A stretch of 55,918 nt of DNA, the filler included, from Platydemus manokwari (taxonomy: Eukaryota), in assembly GCA_037951405.1 (NCBI GenBank). It is 5 parts of 5 records of this genome, joined end to end, with 100 filler letters (N's around TTAATTAATTAA, not from the genome) between each part and the next. Parts side by side here need not be neighbours in the genome. Positions count along the whole stretch, not along the records: positions 32,424 to 42,030 come from JBBMOY011226321.1; positions 42,131 to 55,918 come from JBBMOY011622517.1; 3 more parts are not named here. One strand, given 5' to 3'. The position numbers were made by a program, and so were the translations under genes. The notes beneath the pieces were generated by a model, which ran no database searches, was not told the DNA's origin, and was given only the letters and a program-made list of their open reading frames with translations. This document shows, piece by piece, positions 39,978 through 53,528 of this stretch (the first letter of the stretch is position 1; every line of letters starts with the position of its first letter).

Positions 39978-40313
39978 AAACTTGGCTTCTAACCTTTATA
40001 TCGGTATTTATACTCGAGATTTGTGTTCAATTTTTGTGTCATGTTTGTACTACATTTCGATTGTTTGTATCACTTTCTCATGTTTCTATTAGATTTCTTG
40101 ATTGTTGTATGTACGGAGTTAGTCAATCCTTGTGTGTGTTGTTATGCGGTCATGTTCATTTTTCCAACTATCGCGTTCCATCTAACTCAACCATGATTGG
40201 TTGATTGCCACCCCTGTATTGTAGTGTAGGTATGCAAAATATTCAAAGTGGTAAAACAATGGTTCCAATGTGCAAATCCGTTTTTATTTTTCAAGATTTC
40301 TTCTCACTCAACA
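39978..40313 (-). mobile_element. LTR family A, 3'-truncated copy
   Basis: The reverse complement starts TGTTGAGTGAGAAGAAAT and aligns to 1364-1705 up to gaagccaagttt. Confidence 0.85.
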
Positions 40314-42030
40314 AAAAGCATCTTGTTGAAATATCTTGATTGAAGAGTTGATGAGAATTAATTATCAATGTAAATGATTGCTGGCTCAATTATTAATTAA
40401 CTATTAACTACAAGAGACATTACAGTCTCTAACTGAATGACTAACCTAGATAAAATATCAAATCGATAATAGTGGATTATTGGAATCGATGGATCAGAGG
40501 TAAAAATTACTACATTCGGACAAGAGCAATTCGTTGAGTTCTTAGATTCGACGCTAACAAGGAAAAAATTATACTTTTCATCGATATTAGGATATAATTG
40601 GATGCTTAATATTCTTTTTCGTATAAATACGTCTTAATCGTTTAAATTTTCACTTTACTTATTCATAATCTTTACAAGCTATAAAAATGGTTCATATACC
40701 AAAATTGCATTTCAATAAGATTCAAATCTCAAATATATGTTTATTAAATGTCCCAGCGGGAGACTTCAACAATCTCCAAATTTATAGAGCGTGGAGTTTA
40801 TGTCAACGGAAAAGAGAAAACGATAATTGAGAACACTAATATTTTTGGCTACAACACATCTTAAAATTGAATAAATTTACTAGCTACCTTAAGTCGTTTA
40901 TAAAATCATTTAACAAATATAACCACTTCAAATTTTATATAAAACGTGAATCCCAAAACAAAAAATCAAGCAAATAAATGATTAAGAAAAATATATTTCT
41001 CTTCAAAAATATTATTTAACAATAATATTGATTTCATTTATAAAAATGGCATTATTATCATAGGAAACACAATAAAAAACCGTAAAAATGAAAATTTAAA
41101 ATAAAATTGTCATCACAAATAGTATAAAATCAATTATTATTGGAATGAAATTCTGATTTTATTCAAACATTTTCACATTCACTGAAAGCAGCCCCGAAAA
41201 AAGTTATCAATCCAGAATAAACTCTAAATATCATAAAAATATTATACCAAATTTGTCCCATAAAGCATTTGAATTCGGTTAATACCATCTCATCTATTTC
41301 AGGAAAATGACAATATTAACCGAATTCATTAATTATAATCTGAAAAAATAGTAAATACAGTTGTGGAATATATAACAAAACGGATTATAAAACCTGATCA
41401 GAACCATCGGAACACACTTTAAAATATCAGATACACGTCTCAGTAGCCAACCAGAGTCATTTAAATAAATAGTCTCTGATTAGATTATGATCTCTGATTT
41501 TCAGACGCATATTTTTAGTAATTTAAGCAATTATAATTTACTGTATTAGCTTCGACTGATTTCATAATATAACACAACTAATAAAACTTCTTAGTTTCAC
41601 TAATAACTGGAAGAAGTTTTCGACAATTATCATGATTACTAGAACTAGATCTGTCAATTTACTTATCCTTTACTGTTTCTGGGAAATCGTAATCATGTTT
41701 TTAATAAATTACTCTTCCAATCACATTGGACGAAGCTATATTCAAGAATTTTAAAAATTATTTTAAAATTTTTTGGTCATAATAAGAAGAAGGTAATCAT
41801 TTCAAATTGTATTTTGATTAAGCTGATATTAACTGCTATATTTGTACATTACCATTGAAATAGTGAAAATTATTATACCTTTTATTATGCCAGGTGCTAA
41901 TTTCATATTCGCTATGGTTTAAACATATCGATGTAATAATAAAATATTGATGTAATAATATTAGGTTGTAAATAAAGTTCGCGGACAAAATTGTAAATAA
42001 AAATTTGCCATCACGTTTTGCCATCGATTT

Positions 42031-42130
42031 NNNNNNNNNNNNNNNNNNNNNNNNNNNNNNNNNNNNNNNNNNNNTTAATTAATTAANNNNNNNNNNNNNN
42101 NNNNNNNNNNNNNNNNNNNNNNNNNNNNNN
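42031..42130. other. assembly gap spacer
   Basis: N44-TTAATTAATTAA-N44. Confidence 0.98.
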
Positions 42131-43303
42131 AAATTTATTTTAATTCGCGTTTTTTAGAATTTTTTTTATAATATTCCTTATTCCTATGATTTAAATTATT
42201 CCTTTGTGATCTAAATTTAGATTCAATATAATATAATTTTAATAATATTTTCATATTTTTTCTTGATTTAAATATTGATAGTGTGGGTTCTTGATTGTGG
42301 TTTAATATTAATTAATTGGTCCTATGAAGGCTTCAATGTGTTGTTTGGGAAAAGATGATTGGATTGATTAATAGAAGTGCGATTAGATTGGAAATTGATT
42401 AGATGTTTCGATTAGGTGTATTCTGAACATAAAAACAAAGTTTCTCCCAGCAATATATTTGACTAAATATGAATGTAATCGATATCCCTCATTTGATCAT
42501 TGACCAATGTACAACATCAACCTTAATAAATAATTTACTTCTAAGCTTATCCTACATGATTTATCTCCTTATGATAAATAAGAAAATGCAGAATGTTCTT
42601 TTTAGGTTCAATCTCCTATTATTTTAAAATTCACTGAGCTTTTTAAAGTTGTTTTTATCGAACATTCTCCTTGATGTCATTCTGGAATTTAACCGATATT
42701 GATTAACATGTCGATTGTCCAGTGTGATGCTACTTAGTGGGTCGACCTCAAGCTACAATATATTCTATTTTGAAGACAAAATAATAACTATTTGCTTAAT
42801 AAACATGGGATTTTATGATAACGTTGGTTAGTTAAGATTCCAAAAACTTAAATTGCTAGAATAAGACACTTGGAATTTTTTAAGATTGTCTCACGAATTA
42901 CTATTTTCTTCATTGGTATTCTTCCAGTCTTCTCCAGGGAGTTCGGTATTTTCATCCACTTCTCTTCATAGCATATTTGGTCGTTAGTACTGACATCTGA
43001 CTTTATAGAAAAGATCCAGATAATAGTTGTGCGCATCACTCGTTATTAATAATCTTAACTCATGGATCATATCAATGATTAAAAGATCGAAATAAAGTTA
43101 TTTCCAACATCTACAGTCGACAATTCAAATCAATATTCGAAACCGTTTCATAAAATTAAAAACAATTAATTTCAAAATTTGATTACTACTGATAAAATTA
43201 GTAAGTAGAAAAATGAAATTCATATATTGCTTTCAAATTTGTAAGTAGATTCAAGTAAAAAATGAAAAAATTTAACATGAAATTTTATTTAAAAGATTTC
43301 AAT

Positions 43304-44302
43304 TTAAGGTTCGTACGACAGCCCCATACCGAATTTATGAGAACCATTTTCCAAGTCTCGACCGTCAATTTCAGCATTGAGAGTGATTTTGACATCTAAA
43401 AAACCAATCAAAAAATAACAAAAACAAAATAAAATATTCCGACTGTCTCGAGCTTTGAAACAATATGCCAATCCTAACAAGCTTTTGTTATTGATTTTTC
43501 CCTTCACGAAGGATTCGTTGCTGAAATCGTATTTAGCCGCTATACCAAACTCTGTCACTCGAGAATTCCAGTTCCATTTGATCTGAACACCCAAATCAAC
43601 TTGGGGATTTATTTTCTGAAACACCAGAGCTTCAATATCGGTCCTATTGGCAATAGTTCCTATGAGGGATAAATCATTTTTATGGTAACCGATGGCAACT
43701 GTGTGTCTGGTAAGCGCCATCTTGTTGGTATCGTATGTGATTTGAGCACCAGCTAAATAGCTTTTCGATTCCGTACAACTATAAAATCACAAAATTAACC
43801 AATAATGTCCATCCGTCTTCATTTACCCTAAAACTAAAAACGGTGTGAGTATTGGTCTCAGATTTGGAAACGCTAAATCTAATCCAAGATTGAAAAATTC
43901 ACGTTTCATGGAAGATTGAAATTTGAATGATTTGTTTCTTATAATGAAATATTATTAATAATCACGATCCCAACTTTATTCATACCCACTGTCTGGATTA
44001 AAATCAAAATTAGCCGAAAATTTCGATCCTTTTGCAAGTGAATTTTCAATGGAACAATTCGTACTTAGAACATTTTTTGTGTCCCATTTAACAGTGTTTT
44101 GTAAACCATTTTCAAACTTATATTTCCATTCTAATGAACCATTTAATTTACCGGCTTTGAAATCATTGTCGCCCTTTAACGTTAAGTCTACTCCTTGGGG
44201 AGACTTCGATAAATAATCTACAGATAAAATACCAAAATGAAAATTTTTTGAAAATAAATCTTTGGTTCCTTTGCCAAGATCACTAAACGATGGAGGTATC
44301 AT
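43304..44302 (-). CDS. VDAC: voltage-dependent anion channel (mitochondrial porin), 284 aa, 4 exons
   Basis: Exons 44302-43986, 43937-43827, 43778-43444 and 43395-43304 (855 nt) join in frame via GT-AG introns. Motifs: MIPPSFSDLGKGTKDLFSK, KWDTKNVL, FGIAAKY, KINNKSLLGLAY and HKFGMGL. Confidence 0.96.
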
Positions 44303-45799
44303 CTAAAATTCAATAAAATGTTCATCAAGATAAGAATTTTAATTATAATTTAGTGAAAATTATATTTCAAATTTACATCCCACTGAATATAACATATTAA
44401 AATAAAACAAAATAAACACTATATTAACTTCAAAATATCTATTTCATTAAATAAATTGAATTTATTTTAAACATTTTGTAATCTCAATTAAAATAATATT
44501 TTGATGGCAAATTTAATAATATTATTCATAAATACATCAAAAATTATGTAACTAGATTAATAAATATAGTTAAAATTGAAGTTATAAGATTTTATATGTA
44601 TCCATTAGTGATAATTTCATAAGAATTATAATTTTTCATTAAATTACTACTTATTTATTCTTATTGCACATATGATAGCTGAGATTTTTGTTCTGTTGTT
44701 TCCATCATCAATGAAGTCCTAGATGGGGTAGAGAATCAAGTAATCTTTCAGGACTTTAATCAACTGATGGATTAGCCTATGTTAACTTTGTTTACCTCAG
44801 TCCATAGGTCTGAAAAAATGAGCTGGAGAAGGTTTAATTCCCATATTCTAGTGTATTTTTTGACTGGGAATATAATGAGTCCCGACGCCCTTGACAATTA
44901 ATTCATCTTTCCTGTATTTTGTATTTCGAATGCCATTTGATCAAAAGTGCTTGTGTGATCAAAAGTGTTTTTTTGATAACTTCTAATTTATCTGAACTCC
45001 AACAGATAAGGTTGGTGATGGAAATAAATCTTCGAGTGATAATAATCGGAAATAATATTTAAAATATAAATACTAATTATAAAATAAGACAATGCAGAAT
45101 AAAAAAATATGTTTGAACAATTGAGATAAAATTTACAAATTCAGAAAATAATATGTAATGATATTGTTTAAAAACAGATACCACAAGAGAAAAGTAAGGG
45201 GAGTGCCGCTTATGTGCTCGAACAAGACTCTCTGGTAAAAAGAGAGTGGGAACCAAGCATGAGCTTCTCATTAGATTTTAAAAGACCACAAGGCTAGTGC
45301 TTGCATAGAGTCTGAAGTTAATTATTACAACAATAATAAAAAATTTTCTCATCATAAAATATTGTTAATCAAATGAAATATCTGGAATGCTTCTCGTATG
45401 ATAATAAAAATAACTGAACGGTTTATTGTAAATTAGCACTCCGAAATTTCTGTGAATTAAAGTGTTCTAAAAATACGTGAGCCAGTTAAATGATGCTCGA
45501 AAAATTATCAATCTGTACTATGAGTAGAAAAAATTGTGCGCTGATTGTTTATATATTGTTTCAATTTCTGCCATGTGTGTATTTTACGCATCATGTCTCT
45601 ATTTTTAGTAACATTTTATGCTTAGTATCACATATTACTATTTGTGGTGTATGTTATGTATGAGCTAATATTTTTAGCCAAAGTAGATTTTTAGCAAATT
45701 ATTTTTATGGGAAAATTTGGTTTTGGTTTTTATTTAATTTAAAAGATTTGTTCTTATTTTCTACGATTATTTAAATACTCAAATAGCTCGGATTGTTTC

Positions 45800-46726
45800 T
45801 CACAGATTAAACTTTATTCACTGAGCAACTTTAAACGAGAAACTATTTCTCTTATTCGAGCTTCTCTTGGGACTGTGGGCGTGATGAATCTCGCAATCCT
45901 TGTAGGAATGCTCATAGAGGTTATCTCTACTGTGAAAGAATAATAAACTATTAAGAAATTGGACCAAATGCCAAAGCATAATAAATAATATTTATCAACT
46001 CGTCATGAATTCCATAGTGATAAAATTTGAAATATTGAGGTGATTTAAGTAACCTGCAGTTGCTTAAAATATTTCAAACTTTCACGTGTGGAACTTAATT
46101 CAAAAAAACATAACTATTTGGTTTTCATAAAACCTTTGTTGTCTAGTCTCAGGGGGAAATCTTTAACTTCTACAATTTCATTAAAGCGTGTTACAGTAAC
46201 TCTAATTTTGTGAAACCCCATTTTCAGCTTTTTATTAAACAATTTAAAGACAATTACTTGAAAATTCTAAAATTTTTATTTAAACATTTTCCCAGAAAAT
46301 CTTTGTGAAACAACTACTGTATATAGAAATATCTCCGATAAAATAACGACCTTCAACATATAGGAACACCCAATTTTATATTTTACAGGTGCGATAAACG
46401 ACCAATCAATATCGATATAAAACGCAAATTTTTTTGATAAAATAAACGAATACACAACAATACACACAGACATTGACCAATCACATTCATAATAAATCAA
46501 CAACTATTATAGGAATCAGAACAACGAATAAAAATTGAGATTAAACCAAATGCATAAACTTCTTATTATAAATTTCGTGGCAAATATGGTTAATTGTCAT
46601 TTGAAGCCAGAATAAAATGTTATTTATTGATATTTGTATTATAACAATGACTGCCAATAGAAAGCCCAAAATGTGAAGTGATTTAGTGTATTTATAATTT
46701 TTGGTTAAGAGTACTATCATTTGCAA
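45800..46726 (-). pseudogene. possible decayed third tetraspanin paralogue
   Basis: Hydrophobic broken ORFs lie in the same orientation as the two intact copies, with remnants in collinear order: FAFYIDIDWSF (cf. FHYLIDGQGF), FEIF*ATAGY (cf. FQIYFKCCGF) and FHSRDNLYEHSYKDC (cf. FCLTDPVEGTYLNGC). The similarity is weak. Confidence 0.35.
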
Positions 46727-47159
46727 TCAATAACAGTTTTAGTTGCAACATCACTTTTATGTTATTAAAAATTTCCTTAAAGAATTCAACAGAAAATAAA
46801 AATGAAATTCATGAAATCGAGAAAAATTCTCATTGAATTTAACGACAAATCTTAAGACAATTTCCTTGGAGTTTAAATAAATCTTTAACCAAAAAATAAC
46901 ATCTATCTCATTTTATCGTACTCATGGTAAGACTAAATCAAGGAGTCGGAGTTGGAGGCTCGGATCATTGACATGTAAATCGAAACACATAAATTTTGCA
47001 AATAATTGTTTCTATCAAATTTTAAATATTGATGCCTTGAATGAGATCGTGTATAAGTACTTATTAGAAGGATAATCGGGAGATGCTAATGTTTTAAGAA
47101 TTGTAATAGTAATATTGAATATAAATAATATTTATTTTTTGTATTTACATTCTTGAAAT

Positions 47160-48017
47160 TTATCTGTTCGAACATTCCAAACTAACTTTACCTTTACTAT
47201 GAATTCCATCCTTTAAATAATAGATAATAAAGTTTATCAAATTTAGCAAAACTATGGCGAAAAATATCCACATAAATGTTAATAAAACTGTACTAGTATG
47301 ACTAACTAAATCCTTTAAAATCTCTTTGCAACCATTAAGGTAAGTGCCTTCAACAGGATCTGTTAGACAGAAATCAATTTGAATTTTCTGTTTATTTATT
47401 TTGAATCTTTCAAGAGCATTTTTATCAAATAAATCTCGATATGATGAAAATCCACAACATTTGAAATAAATTTGAAATTTATCAATGATTCTTGTGATTT
47501 CACCAATATCATATGTTACATAGTATTTATTTAAATTGTTGATTACTGGAATCTGAATCTTGTGATAAAAAACGTTGATTGTGTTATTGAATATATTCTC
47601 GAAAATGTCGATTTCTCTATTATAGATAAAAATCAATCCATAAATCATGTGTACTATTGTGGAAATAGCCAATAAGATTATCAGAATCAGTAATGTTTTA
47701 TCAAATGTTTTCATTAGAACTATTATTGCTAGAATGATAATCATAAAATCACAAATCGTTGTTATTAACAGATTCATTCCACAGTTGTTGAAATAATTCG
47801 AAAATCCTTGCCCATCTATTAAATAATGAAAGACATCATTGTCTTGACGGGTTATTTTTCCAGTAATTGTAATTTTGTTTTCCAAATCAATCTTGAATAA
47901 GCGCCACGAAGAAAATTTTAATAAATAGAAAGCTCCAATAAAACACAAAAAATTAGAAAAACCTAGCAGAGATAATGATATTAATGTAAAACGTCGAAAA
48001 ATTATATCATCTCTCAT
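47160..48017 (-). CDS. divergent tetraspanin, intronless, 285 aa
   Basis: Four hydrophobic segments, and a large extracellular loop with FQIYFKCCG and YLNGC before TM4. Paralogue of 49665-50507. Confidence 0.88.
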   Translation of the reverse strand: MRDDIIFRRFTLISLSLLGFSNFLCFIGAFYLLKFSSWRLFKIDLENKITITGKITRQDNDVFHYLIDGQGFSNYFNNCGMNLLITTICDFMIIILAIIVLMKTFDKTLLILIILLAISTIVHMIYGLIFIYNREIDIFENIFNNTINVFYHKIQIPVINNLNKYYVTYDIGEITRIIDKFQIYFKCCGFSSYRDLFDKNALERFKINKQKIQIDFCLTDPVEGTYLNGCKEILKDLVSHTSTVLLTFMWIFFAIVLLNLINFIIYYLKDGIHSKGKVSLECSNR

Positions 48018-48331
48018 TTTATTTATTGATATGAATATCGATTTTATGCATTATATTGAAATCTTTTTGAGACAATTCTTTATTTAAAAAGATAAATAAT
48101 CAACTGTTTAATGTGTTTATGAAGTCATGTTGTAATCATTGTATATAACAATATTTCGGAGATACGATTTTTCATGTATTCAATAATCAAATATTTATTT
48201 TTAGGAATCATTCCTGTTTAAAATTAACCCAATCTGGATTTATAATTTTAATCAAAATGAGCGTGATTATTATTAAAGTGTTGGTCTCACAGTAAAGAGT
48301 GTGTGGTTAAAATAAATCAATTTTGTGAATA

Positions 48332-48430
48332 TTGTTAGCAGCTACTATTTTAAAAACCACACATTCAAATCGAACTAAAAAGTCAAGACACTACAAATCT
48401 ATTTTAAATCCAAATATTTAAACAAATAGT
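48332..48430 (+). repeat. dispersed repeat family C, copy 4
   Basis: ttgttagcagctactattttaaaaaccacacatt...aaaagtcaagacactacaaatctattt is similar to 39504-39600. Confidence 0.8.
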
Positions 48431-49664
48431 TCTAATTTCCCATTAATTTATTTTTTATAAAATTAAAATTAAATCTGAATAAAATTTGAATAAAATGTGA
48501 ATTAAAATTGTTTTGAATTAAATTGAAATTTAATTCATAATAAATATCTCACAAATATGATTTGAATTCAAATAAGATTTAAATCTAAAATAAGCTGCTC
48601 ATATTGGTGTTATTACATGAAGCCAATATGTGAACGGTTATTGGATATACTCCAGAAACAAGGTCAAGAAGTAATTAATTTCAATGTCAGTAACTATGAT
48701 GGAAACGAATTGCAATAAAGTGAACCAAGTAGCTACTAATCAAAGGTCTAAATCTAATTATTTATTGTACTCTGGTATTATCAATTGAATTATCAATTCT
48801 CGAGAGAATCGACTGAAGAATCTATAAATACTTGATATTAAACCACATTCCCGTTAAAAAAATTCCATTATGAATATGATCTTCTAATAAGTCAGCATCC
48901 AAAAATCAGGGAATTAAATCGTCTTCACTTTAAAATTAGATTTCGGAAGGAAACATAATAATTAAGTAACAGTACCTAATACTGGCCGTTTCTAGAATTT
49001 CTGCTTAAATATAAATATTTGGAAAATACAAACTACAGACGAAAGACTGTTTCAGATATTATATATAATAATAATAATTTTTATTATTAAAACATTACTA
49101 CATTACGATTAATAAAACATCGAAACCAGAGTTACGATCATAAAACAACCCACAAACAAAAGTTAAATCACAAACAAACTCAGCATTCAAATGAAGAATA
49201 TGAAAGACTGACAATTTCAGTAAATTTTGTCTAAATCAATGTTCTGTGAATTGATTTTTATTTGTTAAAGATTTCTATGTCATGTTTGAAGGTTTGTGAT
49301 TTTCTTCATTCTTTAGTGTCATTTTATAGCCAAACTTCAATTAAAAGCAGAAGTCTAATAAGAGAGTATTGATTTTTAGGTCTCTGCTTGGAGTCAGCTT
49401 GTATATCCTTTTTAGGCCTAATTCCATAGTAATAGTCGTAATTTCGAATAATTTTTTCCACACTTAACACAGACATGGATTTAATATTTTTCCAGTACTA
49501 TAATTAGATACTTTCAGCGAAATTATTAGAAAAGATTTAAATCCAAAAATATAGTTATCAATTAGTTTTCATCGAAAAAATACAAAATATTATGCAAAAT
49601 CCGTCTTAATGAAAACAATAAAAAACGAATCATTTCTCATTGGCAGATTATTTCTATCTTAATT

Positions 49665-50507
49665 TTATTTTTTATTCGTTTTGTTAATAGCATACTTAAA
49701 ATAATAAATAATAAAATTGATCAAGTTTAAGATCACCACAGATAAATGTATCCATACAAAAATCACTAAAATTTGATAAGTATTACTAATTAATTTGTTA
49801 GAAATTTTTGAACATCCTGGATAATATATTATTTTGACAGAATCTTCTAAACAAAATTTAAGCAAAACTTTCTGATTTGTCTTTCTGAATTTCTCAAGGA
49901 AAACTTGATCGAATAGATCCATATAATCTTCATAACCACAACATTTAACAGCCATTTGAAATTTATTAATAATTCTTGTGATTTCACTGATATCATAAGT
50001 TTTATAATATCCATACAGATCCTCAACAATAGGTGTTTGAATCTTATGATAATACTCATTGAGTGTATTGTTAAATATTTTATTGAATATTTTGACTTCA
50101 TCAATACAGGTAAAAACTATTCCAAAACTGAAACATATTGTTGAAAAAATAACCAATAAGATTATCACAACCATCAAATTGATGGTATCGAAAGATCTTG
50201 TTGATATAACATGAATTGATCTGAAAATTACAGGATAAAGAGTAATGGTTAATATTATTAAATAATTCCCATAATTGTTTATTGCAGCTGCAAATCCTTG
50301 ACCATCGATCAAATAATGGAAAATATTATTTTCTTGTGTAGTAATTAGTCCAGTTTCAGTATATTTTCCTTTTAAATTTATGCTTATTAATCTCCATGTT
50401 GAAAAATTTAATAAATAAAATCCAATAATAATACATGAAATATTGGAAATTATTAGGAGAATTAATGATGCTATTGTATAACCCCTGTATGTTGAATTAT
50501 ATTCCAT
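49665..50507 (-). CDS. divergent tetraspanin, intronless, 280 aa
   Basis: Four hydrophobic segments with FQMAVKCCG and YYPGC. Shares FHYLIDGQGF, YHKIQxP and TYDIxEITRII with 47160-48017. Confidence 0.88.
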   Translation of the reverse strand: MEYNSTYRGYTIASLILLIISNISCIIIGFYLLNFSTWRLISINLKGKYTETGLITTQENNIFHYLIDGQGFAAAINNYGNYLIILTITLYPVIFRSIHVISTRSFDTINLMVVIILLVIFSTICFSFGIVFTCIDEVKIFNKIFNNTLNEYYHKIQTPIVEDLYGYYKTYDISEITRIINKFQMAVKCCGYEDYMDLFDQVFLEKFRKTNQKVLLKFCLEDSVKIIYYPGCSKISNKLISNTYQILVIFVWIHLSVVILNLINFIIYYFKYAINKTNKK

Positions 50508-50847
50508 ATATAGATTATAATTTATTATCGATTATTATTTTGCTTAATGTCTTTGGAATTAATCTTAAAAGCATTTATGGCCTTTATGAATCTCTAAATG
50601 ACAGAAAATATTCACTATATGTATATTATAATCACAGACTACTATAGGGTTATCTCTAGTAACCAAACTTAATTTTTTTCCTGTAATATTTTCTATACAA
50701 TTTAAAACTATCCAATAATAAGAGTTTTATACTACATACGTTTGAGTGGATCAAAGGTACGGAATTCTTAAAAAATAATATTTAACACAAGCTCTTTTTA
50801 TTAACCATCAAATTACCCACCAGGATACAATTTTTGGAAGGTCATAT

Positions 50848-51405
50848 TGTTAGGTAGGTCACAGAATCAGTCAAAATGTTTACTGGAACTATGGAAAAAA
50901 CCTTAAAAAGGGTTGATACACACAGATTCGATAAACACATGTACCAACAGCCAATTAGATTGTTTCTAATATTAATCCATAATTAGAAGTTTAAAATCGA
51001 CAGGCACATACCTACAGTTGGTAGAAAACTCAAATATCTGCCAGTGGCATAAGAGATGCAAGGAAAATTGCAAGCGAGCGAATTTAGCAAGTAAAAAACT
51101 TAGATCCTGTACATAAAAGGGACACACTCAATAAGTCTATAAAAGAGGTTGGGTTTCATGAGTAAGTGCCAGTCTTGTCGGATCGATAATCAGTGTTATA
51201 TTCTTGACTTTTACATGATTTACAGTTGCCAGTCTTTTTGTTTGTTTTCTATTCTGTTTTTGACTTTCTGGTGCTGATACCGTCTTGTATGATAATTTGT
51301 TGTTGAATTTGCGATAAGAGTTTAATTGTATCTGTTCATGATCGGTTTTGTGATATTGTAGTTTTAACATAATTTTCATGTTTTATTTCTAATTCTTATC
51401 CAACG
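50848..51405 (+). mobile_element. solo LTR, family B
   Basis: TGTTAGG...CCAACG (terminal CA changed to CG), perfect TSD ATAT/ATAT, and an internal TATA-like CTATAAAAG. Homologous to 53529-54076. Confidence 0.82.
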
Positions 51406-52196
51406 ATATGGCAAGCTTTATTGCAACTAAATGAATTGATCAAGTTTTAGATGTAATTGGCACAAAATCAAAGTAGATTTTCCATATTTTTGCGGACTCA
51501 CTGAGGTACTTTCATAAATGGAAAACTAGACTTAAAATTGAAGCACGTCTTATGGTTCGAGGCTTTTGCTACTTTTTGTACATGATGTGTTCGATGTATA
51601 CATTAGTTGGTCATCAAACCAGAGGGTTTGCATAATAAAAACTTATGAAAGGAAATTATTAATTCAAATATCGATTTTATACTTTGGAATAAATTAATAA
51701 CATAAATAAAGGAAAAAGCCAAAAAACAATTAATTAATTCAGTAACTAGTCTTTACAAAACTATTTCATATTACTACGTGGTATTATACAGCCACAGTAA
51801 CAAGAGAAAAAGTCGAAATTGAAATTAGAGACGCTTAATAAACCTGCACAATTAACCCAATTAAAAAATCAAATAGTCATTTATAAAAATAAAATCTTAT
51901 TTTTTCAAAAAGAAAGAAAAATGTACTCATATTATTCAACTGATCAAGTGAGATATTCCTCGAGGAAATTAATTAGTAGAGTTTATTAATTGTATAAAAT
52001 TATTTGGCCTGTTCGGTTGTGCGTTAACGATATCCACAAATTTCAAGTATAACTAATATTTTTATCAGTATCTTTTTACACGGCGTAATAGTCTCAAGTT
52101 CCAAACAGATAAATGATCTGATTTATTGTTCGCTTCGATCGATCCATTTTCATATGACGATAATGTTCATGATGTTAGAATACCAAATGTATATAT

Positions 52197-52656
52197 TGTT
52201 GAGTGAAATGAAATTCTGCAAAAAGAAAAAACGGATTTACACCTTGGGACACTTGCTTAAGCACTTTAAACATTTACATGCTTACAAAACCATACAGGCA
52301 AAGCAACTAGCCAATCACAGAGGAGTTAGATGGTAAACGCCAACATAGCCACATAACAATACATACATAGGGATTGACCAATCCAAATCATGAAAAAACT
52401 TAAAATCGAAATAGGAACATAGAAAACAAAGATCGAATCAAAATATGATGCAACATGGCAAAAAAATTACACATCGATCTCGAATATAAATATCGATGTA
52501 AAGATGGCCAACTTCAAGTTGGAAGCCAGATTTTATTTATGCTTTGAGAAGTATATTGAATGTGATTATTTTGTAAGTAGTACTCAATTGAAATAAAGTT
52601 CTAGCCTTCTGTTTCTGGAATCAGATATAAGCTAATTATTCAAGGGTAACCCAACA
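52197..52656 (+). mobile_element. solo LTR, family A
   Basis: TGTTGAG...CCCAACA with TSD ATAT/GTAT. Full-length homologue of 1364-1822. Confidence 0.85.
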
Positions 52657-53528
52657 GTATTTTTATGAAAAACATAGCTTGATTTAGTTTTGAAATAATA
52701 AGCATTAGAAGCTATTCAATTTTTTGTAACAATGTTGAGAAATTATTTCTTTGAAATTTGTCTTTAACGTTATCAGAATTTATCAAATGAACACATTTAA
52801 TTTACTTCAAAGGCGTAATCTCAAATGATTATTAAATAAAACTTTCCTATAAAGCAACGGAATCAAACGCTTTTGAATAAAATATTATATTAAATTATCA
52901 AATATATTAATGAAAAAAAATCGATAAAATATAATTATTATGTAATTGAAAACTTACAACAAACTTCGCTTAATTTTTTTGTTGGTATTCGAATGAGATT
53001 TTGATCAATTGCTCTATCCGAATAGTTGAACTAGATCTTTCACAAAGTGATAATTTATATTAAAATCGATGATTTTAAATGAGAAGGTTTTAAAAAATAA
53101 TGCAAATTTATTTTGCTTTGATTCCACACTGCTGGTCAAAACAAGTGCTTTGATTTTCCTTTTAACAAAATGGCAATAGGAAATCTAAAACGAACGGAGA
53201 AGATTAAGGTAACTATGATTTTTAACAATAAAAATAATAAGATGTACTTAAGATAAATTAATCATAGAAATATTATTAAATTATGCTTATAACAAAAATG
53301 GTATTGAAAATAAAACAAGTCTCACCCAATGTCTCAGCACAAAAGTTACAATTCTCTTTGAAATTCCAAAGTTTGAAGAGAAACATGATAAACTCCTCTC
53401 GAACGAATATTCGAAGTTCTTGGTTTCAAGTTGTGGTGGTCTTCAGCCATGTGATTCGGTAGTTACACCACTATTTTTCTTGGGATATCACAGGTGACTG
53501 TTAAACTCTGATCATTTTCATAGCATTG

